Part shown: in pieces, positions 11,523 through 21,255 of the stretch | Position numbering within the stretch: the stretch's first letter is position 1 | How the letters are laid out: every line of letters starts with the position of its first letter | Source: Klebsormidium nitens | Taxonomy: Eukaryota; Plantae; Klebsormidiophyceae | Direction of reading: 5' to 3' | Assembly: GCA_000708835.1 (NCBI GenBank) | Contig: DF237192.1 | Coordinates: 1 to 64,000 of the forward strand | DNA length: 64,000 nucleotides | Notes under the pieces: generated by a model | Told to the model about the DNA's origin: nothing | Databases searched by the model: none | Seen by the model: only the letters and a program-made list of their open reading frames with translations | Made by a program: the position numbers and the translations under genes

Positions 11523-14500
11523 TCAGCGCGACGGCGGGGTGGCATACCGGGGCGACATCCCGATGGTCCGCCGGGACTGCGGGCTGGTGTACCGGGGCGA
11601 CGCCCCGACCACTTCTCCGCGCGCGCTCGCCATCCCGGGCAGTTCAGCGCGAGCGCTCGTCATTCCGGTCAGTTCCGCGCGCGCGTTGTAGTACCGGGGC
11701 GACGCCCCGACCACCTCCGCGCGCGGACTGGCAAACCGGGGCGACGCACCGGGCACACCCGACCTCTGGCGCATGAATCTGCGCGAGCGCATGGTCTTGA
11801 GGCGCAGGTTGACGCTCTCCATGGTCGGGCGCGAGTCGGGGACCTGTGGAAGGGCGGAAACGGAATGATGTGGGTCTGGCGGAACCGGAACCATTCAACC
11901 CGGGATTTAACTCTCATTGTTCGTTGAAAGCGCCCAGATCTAGCTAGGCGTGCCGAACAGCAATGTGAAATCGCACTTCAGACGGGAACAATGTTAAGTG
12001 CTCGAGTAACGGATTCCAAAACAGGTGCATGAACAGTAATCGTTCGCATGAACTTGATAAGTCTATCGAGATTTACGGTTGGATGCCTTCACACATATTC
12101 ACGGAGACTGCTTCAAAGGCCAAGACCTTTCACCAACTAACCGCAGATGTAACCCGCCTCATGCAACCGGGCACCGGATACGCGTTTGGGAAGGACCTAA
12201 CTTTCTGATTCAGTCTCTCCCCCTACCAGAGACTGTCTTCCTTCGACTCACAGGCACCGGGCTTTGCAGTCGATTAACCACCTTCGAAGTCAGCCCTTCG
12301 TACTTCAACCGAACGGCTTTTTTTGAAACTTGTACAGCCACAAGGAACAAAATGAGGCGAAGTGCCAAACCACTCTTGAAAATGTTGACGAGCGTTTTCG
12401 ATCCTTCTTGAGCCGTTCCAAACTTGACTTCGACCTCCCGACGCTCTCATCGTACGTTTTCCGGAATCGAAGATCGCAAGATTCGACCAACTTCTGATGT
12501 CAGAACATTAGAATTGCACTTGTGAAGTCTTCAATTAATGAAAACTAGGTATTACATAGTAGATCGGCCAGCCCTGGGCGTCTGAGGTTAACCGGTGAGG
12601 TTAGGGTGGGTATTTTCGCGGAGCAGGTTATCCAAGGGTTGGGGTTTGGCATTGGGCTAGGAGATACTGTTTTGAAGCCAAGTCCAAAAAAAGGAAAAAC
12701 TTATAGAACGGTGCACCTGCTGCAAGCACTCGAGCGCAATGCTGATGCAGCGCTCCGCCTCGAGCGCGTCGCACGCGTCCGCGATCGCGGGGTCCAAAAC
12801 TTCCAAACCCTGGCCATCCTTGAGCACCGCGCGCGATGCCGCCTCGAGGAGGGCCTCCGCGTCGCCGGGCGCGCCGTTAGCGATTCCGGCGGCTGCAAAC
12901 AGAAGCGGAACGGATTTCGAGCGCCGGAAAGTACGTATGAAACGGAAGGGTAAGGTAATCAGATTGCAGCGGAGGAAAAAGGGACGGAAGCAGATTGCAG
13001 CGCATGAATTCTTCAAAGCGGAAGCTGAAGGTGAGCAGATTTTAGTCAGTACGTTTGAAACGGAAGGGAAAGGTGTCAAGTCTGCTGCGGAAATCGTTTC
13101 GAGAGGAAGCGGTCGAAGGTAATAGAACTGATCAGGGGTATACCTCAAACCGAAGCGGAGGATAATCAACGTACCTTGGAGTAAGTTTCAACGGCTAGAC
13201 CATGATACCTCTTCAAAGTCAGAGTTCGTTTGGAAATAGCAAAGCAATGAAACACGGACTCTAGTGTCCGCGAGAGAGCACATAGAGACTCCATTCAAAA
13301 TCACAGGTCACGAATCCAAGCCTTCTAGCTTCTCGGATGCATCCGGCTTGAGTGCTCAGCAGGCTTTCGTGACTGCACAAAAAAACAGGGGAGCGATCGC
13401 AGATGTTCACAGCTTCACATGTGACACTTCCACAGATCCGCTGTCTTCAATGCTTTAATCTACAGAAGTATCTTAAGGGACAGGAAGTTTTGGAAAGTTT
13501 GTGACCCAGTTCTCTACACACCTTCAAAAACGGGACGTCCGGTCAGAATCTCGAGCACCAGCACGCCGAAGCTGTACACGTCACGCTTCGCGGACACGAA
13601 CTTGGACCCCGCGGCCGGGGTTTCGTACGGAAGGACGTCCGAGTGTCTGTCGCGGACGAGGCACGCGAGGCCGAAGTCGCCGATGCACGCGTCGAGCGCG
13701 CGGCCGCTCCCGCGCAGCAGGACGTTCGCGGGTTTGACATTTCTGTACACAGAGAGAGGAGATGTTGCTCAAGTCAGGGTGTGGGCATCGAAAGCAGAGT
13801 CGCTCACGTCAAACTTGCAGAATGCAACATCAGTAGTTCGTTTCCGGTCGAGCGGTTTGGAATAAATGCAGCCCGTCATTACAATGTGAGCGGCTTGAGA
13901 CAGGTATGTTTGGGATTTGTTTTTGTAAGTGAGACGATACAGGTAGTATCTGCAAAGCGGGTGGTGATCTAGAAAGCGGCAGAAAGTCCAGATTCAGAGA
14001 AAGAGGGAGCACGCAAGACTGAAAGACATAAGCACTTGAGAGCAGTCACAAGGATTGCCCGCAGAAGAGACCCACAAACACGGTAAAGGTACGAAGACAG
14101 AGCACTTGCAGATGAAGAAGCTTCGCGCCGGAAGTAGACTTCTTGCCTGTGGATCAGTGGGGGAGTGATGTCGTGGTGTAGATACGCCAGACCGCGGCAC
14201 ACCCCCTCAACCACGTTCACGCGTTCGTCCCAGGTCAGGGGGGTCGCTCCTGCACCGAGACGCTGCCGGAGGCTCCCCCCCGAAAAGTACTCGAGGACCA
14301 ATAAGCGCTCCCCCGCTTCGGCGCATACTCCGAGCAGAGGGACGAGGTTTCGGTGGCGCGCTTTGCTCAGCGCGGCGAGTTCCGCGCGCCACGCGCGTTC
14401 GTCCAAACCCCCGTCGGGGTTTAGGCGCTTGACCGCGACGGGCGACCCGTCGGGCAGGGAGCCGCGGTAGACTGTCGCTGAAGAGCCGCTGTCGACGAGG

Positions 14501-17153
14501 TTATTGGGACTGCACGACATAAACATGGTTATATCACAGGAGTTGTTGGCCCTTAACCAAGGAAGGTTCTGGGCCGGTTAGAAACTGGTTATTTGTCCAG
14601 TGACCAGACTTGGGCGCTGACCAGCCGCTGAACAAGGTGAAAGCCCGGTTAATGGTCCAATAACCCGAGCCTCCAGGGTGATAGTCTGCCTGGTTAGCAG
14701 CCAAAACTTCCTGTACCAGAAGTCCGGTCGTTTGATGCGCTTATGGATTCTTCCAAAGCGTGACATCTTACCTGCCGAGAAGCGCGGCGCATAAGCGAAC
14801 TCGACAGAAGAGCGAGAGGCAGTCAAGCGGATTCCAGACCTTTACACGTTTTTGAGCCATCGGGAGTTGAAGAGGAGCAACAGGTATATGAAACTCACGA
14901 TTTCCTCGAAAATCGGAAGTTTCTACTAGGCAATTTCCAAAACTCTCCCAATTAAAATCCTATGCAAAAATGAATGGATAAATGAATACCTGAAGTTTTC
15001 GGTTGCTTCGCGGAGTTCCGCTAGAGAGAAAGTTCGATGGAAGAGCGAGGCCGGGGTGGGTAGGTCTTCTGGAGGCACGATGCGCGCGCGCGTGCGCGCA
15101 GACGCAGGCGGAGGCGCGGGCGGCTCCTTGCCGCTCATCGAGAAAGCCGGGGGGGACGAGTCAGACGTCGAAAACCTGGCAAGCAAGGATGAGGATGAAT
15201 GTTCGAGGACGTGTGAAAATCAATTGTACGACAAATTCTCAGAAGAACGATGTCAGAAAATATGTCGGAAAGTATGTGAGTGAGTTGTTTCTTACTACGA
15301 AGCCGTGGAGGACGCACGTGGACAAATAGGTGAGAGTTGATGAGACACAGACACGAAAAAAGCTATCGATCAGGAGTTAGAAGGAAGAAAATTGAACTGG
15401 GTGCAACGGAGGATCGAGCACTATCAACCCGCACATTGAGGAGCATATAATTTGGACGTGTCGCACATGAAAGGCGCAGGAAATTGTCTACTCATCGGTG
15501 TTACTCCTTCGACAGAAGCCAGAAACGATAAGCTAGCTTTGATACATAAGCAAACGGAACTCGTGGTACCTCACGACGGACATAGTCGAGCAAAAGCAGG
15601 ACAAAGGAGAGTGTTTCGAATAGGTCGCCTAAGCCTTCTCAAGGATCCAGTAGTACTACGTATTCGCTTTTTTCAATCTTTCTTTCGTTCAATCTCGTTA
15701 TTGTGACCATCTTAAGGACGCTCAGAGATTGCGAGATGCTTGCTCACATGCTGTTGTCAGAGCTCGGCGAATGCGCGCCAGCCAGCGCGGCCGCGGGCGC
15801 GGCCGGCCGCGGCTCGTCCTTCCCGAGCTCCACGTCCGGCGTTCCGGCCGCTCGCGCGTTACGCTTGGCCTTCCGCCGGTAGTAGAACACCGCCGCCAAA
15901 GTAATAAATAGAGTGACGAGACACACGTTCGTGACGACTACTGCCGTCACAACCAGTCGCGGATGCGTGTCCTCGGCTTTCGGGGTTTCGGTTGGCGAGG
16001 GGGTTACGCCTAACGCGCCCGGGTTAACGGAGGGTTCTGAGGCGACGGCGGAATTGTTTGGGGCTGGGGAAGGGGGTTCCGGTGGAAATTGGGGGCCGGA
16101 AATGGACGGGGGGTTTGCCAGGAAAGGTGGGTTCGGCGCTGGATTAGGGGCAGTAGTCAACGGAGGGTTACCCGGGCTGCCGTAGACGCTCAGTTGGGAG
16201 TTACCGGGCAGAATGTTGGCAAAGCCGAAGCGGGCGAGAAAGCCGGGGGGAATAACACCCGTCAGGTCGTTGTTGACCAGAATTAGTTTCGTTAAGTTAG
16301 GAGGGTTAGCTAGCGACGGCGGGATGGGGCCCGAAAGCGCGTTTCCCGCTAGGTTTAGGGTTTCGAGGCGGGTTAGCTGGGATAACTCAGGGGGAATGGC
16401 CCCGGTCAGGTTGTTGTTTGGAAGGTACAGGTTACGCAGGTTGACCATCAGTTGGAGTGACCGGGGGATGGTTCCGGTCAGTTGGTTGGCCGCGAGAGAG
16501 AGGAGGGAAGCTTGAAGAAGGCCCCCGAACTCGGTGGGAATCGGCCCGGTGAGCTGGTTATACTCCAAAACGAGGGTTTGCATCTGGGTTAGGTTACCGA
16601 GGCTGGCGGGCATCGAACCCGACAGCGAGTTGTTCTGCAGGAACAGGTTGGTCAAGCGCGTTAACCCGCCCAGCTCCGCCGGAATCCCACCGGAAAGGCT
16701 GTTGTTGTAGAGCACCAGATTCTCCAAATTCTGGATTGCGGCGAGCGCAGGAGGGATCCCCCCCGAAAGTTGGTTATTCTGCAGCGCTAGGGTTTTGAGG
16801 AGGGTTAGCCCGGCGAGCGCCACTGGGATCACGCCGGTCAGGCGGTTACCAGTGAGGTTAAGCATGGTTAGTCCGGTGAGGTGCCCGAGCTGCGGGGGGA
16901 TCCCCCCGGTCAGGTTCTGGTTGCATATCTGGAGTGACGTCAGCTTCGTCAGCAGCCCGAGCTCGATGGGAATAGGCCCCGAGAGCGCATTCGCAGTCTT
17001 AGGGTCGGTGCAGAGGTCGAGCGAGGTTTCGTTCGAGAGCCGGACTGACGTCAGCTTCTGGAGGTCGGAGATCGTAAAGCAGGACACGTGGCACGTCATG
17101 ATTGCCAGGAAGAGGACGAGGAAGATGTTTCTGGGCAGCTTGAGAGGACCCAT
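11523..17153 (-). CDS. LRR receptor-like kinase with degenerate (probable pseudo-) kinase domain
   Basis: Exons 17153-15748, 15175-14990, 14509-14147, 13742-13522, 12892-12717, 11843-11523, all phase-compatible. Signal peptide MGPLKLPRNIFLVLFLAIMTCHVSC, about 11 plant-type LRRs (LxxLxLxxNxLxGxIP), Pro-rich stalk, one TM helix followed by RRKAKR. Kinase motifs AVKRL, HRNLVPLLG, HRNVKPANVLL, DFG, DVYSFGV, RPTM. Confidence 0.93.
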
Positions 17154-18349
17154 TTTAAACTGCAGAAGATTCACCTGCGAAGCAGCGCAAGTACATTTGT
17201 CAATTTCAATTTGGGAATCTGTTATTTTGCTCTCAGGATTGTGCCCAACTAAAGTATTTTGGTGAAAGGGAAAAGCCACTTTGGGCGGAATGACTTTTGT
17301 AGCTTTGTGATCTCTTTGCTGTACATTTTCCATCTTTACAGTTTAGTGTTTGAGCTGGCTTTTGCGACGACGGCCGTATCAAGGCAGAGCTTTTGAAGTT
17401 TTAACTTCTTCACAACAGTCCCTTCACAGCACGGACGAATACAAATTCATCTAGTACAGCGCTTCATGACACCATCTGATTCACTTTCAGTGTGCTGATA
17501 AATCAATTGAAGCTAAGATGATCGGCCGCAAAATACGTCCTGGGTTTTAAAAAGCAAGAAGTACTCATTCAGTGGAAGCATCCAATCGAAGAAGTTTTTC
17601 TTTCTCGACGCTCTTGACTGTGAAGCTTTTGATTGAGAGTTAGACTACAGCCCATCTGCTTTTGATGCAGCCGGCAATTCAAGCAAGAACCTGTTAGTTC
17701 CTGGAGCATCTAAGAAACCATTTTATCAGTTTTACAACTAGCCTTTGTGATTTTTAGTCTGTGATACAACGTGTTGGAACAAGTTCTAGTAAAAGAACCA
17801 AAAACAGCTAAAACACAATCAAGAGAACCCTTTTCAAACACACAAACAACGTCAAGGTCCCTCGGCCCTCACCTCGGCTGCTGAAGCGTCTCTTTCCTCC
17901 CCGCTTCTGAAACCTCCTTTCTTCTAATAATTACACGGTTGCTAAAGCTCTCGCAAGCGCTCGCTCTGCTGACGAAAGGTTCCTGGCGCCTCTTCGTTGA
18001 AGAAAAGCCCTCGACCCAACGCTCGGCCAGAGAATGTGCGTTAGTCAGTCCTATGCGCCCCTTCCAAGAACCACACTTGGTACTGCGGATGTCGCTAACC
18101 AAACGCTTGGGACTAGCGGGCTCCTTGAGCGAAGAAGCAAGAACTGAAAAGTCACAAGATTCAGAGACGACTGTAACGGCGAGGGCTTATCGAAGTTGTA
18201 ATGGAGAGCGCTTCGCGTCTCTGAATTTCACACCTACCCAGAGTCGATGCAACGCGACGCATCTTGATCCTGCAACTCGCGTGTCTCCAAGAAAAGCAAA
18301 TCCCCGGTCAGGATCTTGCTTCGAGACAGACTGTAAATGAGCTCCACCT

Positions 18350-18573
18350 CTGGCGATAATTACCACACCGTAAAGTTTCTCGGGCGGTCACTGAATGATT
18401 TCAAGAAAGATAACAAAACCCCGAGATAATAATAAGGTGATTAGACTGGAACGGGTAGGGTTAGTTCGGTGGTTGGGGTGGGTTTGAGTGCGGAGCAGGT
18501 ATGTTTTTGGGTACGTTAGGAAGTTTTTAATCGGAGCTTATTATCTTGGCTGATTAATTTTTATGAATTATCG
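18350..18573. mobile_element. Degenerate MITE-like element related to the 9651-9849 element
   Basis: G-rich core 18451-18496 matches 9709-9754 at about 38/46 nt. Inner inverted repeat CCGAGATAATA..(18421)/CTTATTATCTTGG(18537-18549). Left end begins CTGGCGATAATT and the right end has AATTATCG. Confidence 0.45.
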
Positions 18574-21255
18574 GTCATCGGGCGCAACTCAAGAAATTGA
18601 GCAAATTCTCACGTCCTCGAAACGTTCTCCGGGAGCCGAAGTCTTCTCGAAGTTTGCTCCTCTGTAGAGATTGCACGGAATCCTTGGTAATCAGCCGAAT
18701 TGAACCCCAGTTCAGTAAAGGCGCAAGCTGCTTTTCTGCAGAGGCAACAAACATAGAGCATCTCAATTCGACTGTCTAAATTTTCCCCTGAAACTGCTAC
18801 GGCGGTTAGAACTCAACTCCCCGAAAATGCTCTCTCACCTAACGGCCAGTTCTTCGATATGCCGATTTGCTATAACTTATAGAAGGACTGGACCCATAGA
18901 ATAAATAGCATCCGACGATGAAAGGAGAGAAGAATGACCTTTCGAAGAAATTAGCTCATTTTCGCCTGGCCACCGACAAGTGAACGGTCTTGTGTAAGCC
19001 CCAGAACTGCATGCGACTGCGCACTTCAACGGTGGTCAGAACAAAAGAAATGATACTACTATCGTTCCATTTGGAATCAGCAATCTGCCAGTATTTTGCT
19101 AGCTAATACTTCGTATTCACATCACCAATCTCTCGTGCGCTTCGCGTATTGCCTTATAATTGGCGCGGCCCGAGAGGCTGCGCTGGTGGCACAAGACGTT
19201 TCACTGATTTCACCGGGCCTCCGATCAAGATCGGCCCACGGTCAAGCTTCAAGCCCCTCGGTCCAGCTAGCTAGCAATTCCAGCTCAGCTGCGGTTCATA
19301 GCAGCGCATAATTTGCCCTGACTCTGACGGGCTCGTATGCATCATGGCTGCATCGTGGGCGCCTGGCGCGCCTCATAATTATATGCTAGATGATGAAGTC
19401 ATTTTTGAAACTAAACATTCGAGTTGGCAACGCCCAAACGCCGGAGTCCGCGCTCGTCAACACGTGAGCCTCGAGCTAGTGTGGTAACTTACATCAGCCA
19501 GCTGGCGGCCTGCATGCCTGTGCCAGTACTGCGTGGACGGTCGCGGGCGGCTTGCCTGGCAGGCGCGGCCGCCCCGGCCCGAGGCTGCGGCCCGGCGGCC
19601 GCCCACGACGCGCTGCGCGTAGGCCGCCGCCGCGGCGGTGATTGGACCGCCGATCGGGACTATCCAACGGTCAGGGTGGACTCGGGCCAACTGGCAGGTG
19701 ACCGAACTAGGTACGGTACTTTTGTAGCGTGTTTAATACCGTACAAGTCGCCGTTCGGTCGCCGCTGGTATTGATCGGGTTCACCATTTACTGGCCGGCA
19801 GTATCCGGCGGCAGCTAGGGTCGCCGGCGGATCGATTCCGTACAGTACGATACCGTCAATCATCGACCGGCATTTGTACTTCGGTAGAGTCTAGACTTGT
19901 ACGGTACCTAGGTCACTCCGGACCGACCGGCGAGGAGCGGTCGAGGCAACATGCTGCATGCAGGTTCCGCCGGCCGCTCCGGCACCCCGACAACTGACTG
20001 CAAGAACCGGCGACTTGCTTGCTTGAAGTCCTCTTGAGTCTGTCCAAGTTGCGTGCACGTACCGTACCTCAGTGCGTGCAAACTGGTGAGCAGCGACTGC
20101 CACTAAAGTAGGTACTAAGGTACGGTATACGTACCGCCGCTGCTACTGACGGGTTCCCTCCGAAAGCAGCCGGCCCCACTTAATAGATTCGCGAATTCGG
20201 AGACCGGTACCCTAAGAACTCAGGACGCACATCTGGCTGCCTGGACTGACCTGCCGCGCCTGAAGTACCGGTACTCAAGGCGGAACTCTGACAGTCTACG
20301 GTATATTAGTACCCACTTGGCAGCATTGCATGAGCAAGTGACTGTAATAAGTCCCTAGCCTGTCCCTATCTGCCAAGAAGTACAAGAGTCAGGTACATGA
20401 CAGGTTCAAGACTCGCACTCCAGTGGACTCCCGAGTTTCTTCATGCAGCCAGCTGCCACAGCCCAGGACTCAGTGGCACGAGGACGATCCCGTATCTTGA
20501 TTTCTGACCCCATCTGACCTGCCGTACACTGCATGCGATCTAGGTACTGGTATGGTACTGCACTGAGATCTAGTGACTACCGGTAGACTCGTATCCTACC
20601 GTACTAGGTACTTGCTGCAGACAGCTAGGTAATAACGTTGAGCACATGTCACAGTCTCAGCAAACAAATTATGCTCAGTCGACCAGTACTGTCAGGGCTC
20701 TGCCCTAGGTCCCAAAAGTACGGATGCTGGTTTATTTGAGCACCTGTGAGCATTTAATGCGGTGAGGGACGACTGCTGAGCTCTCTGTCAGCAGCTAGCC
20801 TGCAGTGCTGTCCTGGAGTCCTAGGTCGACGCACCGAGGCAACATGATACATTCAGGATGAGGCTTCTCGGATGCTTCTGATGAACAGCAGTCCCTCTGC
20901 CTGCATTCGGGATCGTCCCTCTTCCTCCAACGAAGTTTCTCTCCGTCTGATTCAGCGGGATCGACGGTAGCATGCCTATGCTGCAAAGCCGGCGGACAAC
21001 TGAACAAGCCAGGTAGACAACCTAAAAGCTCAGCATTGCGTTCATTCTCCCCCAAGACAATCATTAAAAAGCTTAGCTCCCATTATTGTTCCGCCCACTA
21101 TTGTCCCCCCAGAAAGCTGCTGCTTGCAGATCTTACTAGCCAGCTACCAATCAGCCCTGCATTGCCTTGATAAAAGATAGACGCTCGCAGCCAACAGCGG
21201 CGCAACGCGCCGGAAGCGCGTGAGGTCTAGCCGGCCTGGCACTGTCTTGTTGCAG

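Noticed and set aside
17154-17333. ORF-track start of the LRR-RLK at 17333
   Set aside because: The signal peptide begins at the ATG at 17153; the upstream stretch is AT-rich and UTR-like.
19457-19690. J-domain from the HPDR motif in a short minus-strand ORF
   Set aside because: No flanking J-domain helices; the rest is GC-rich low complexity.
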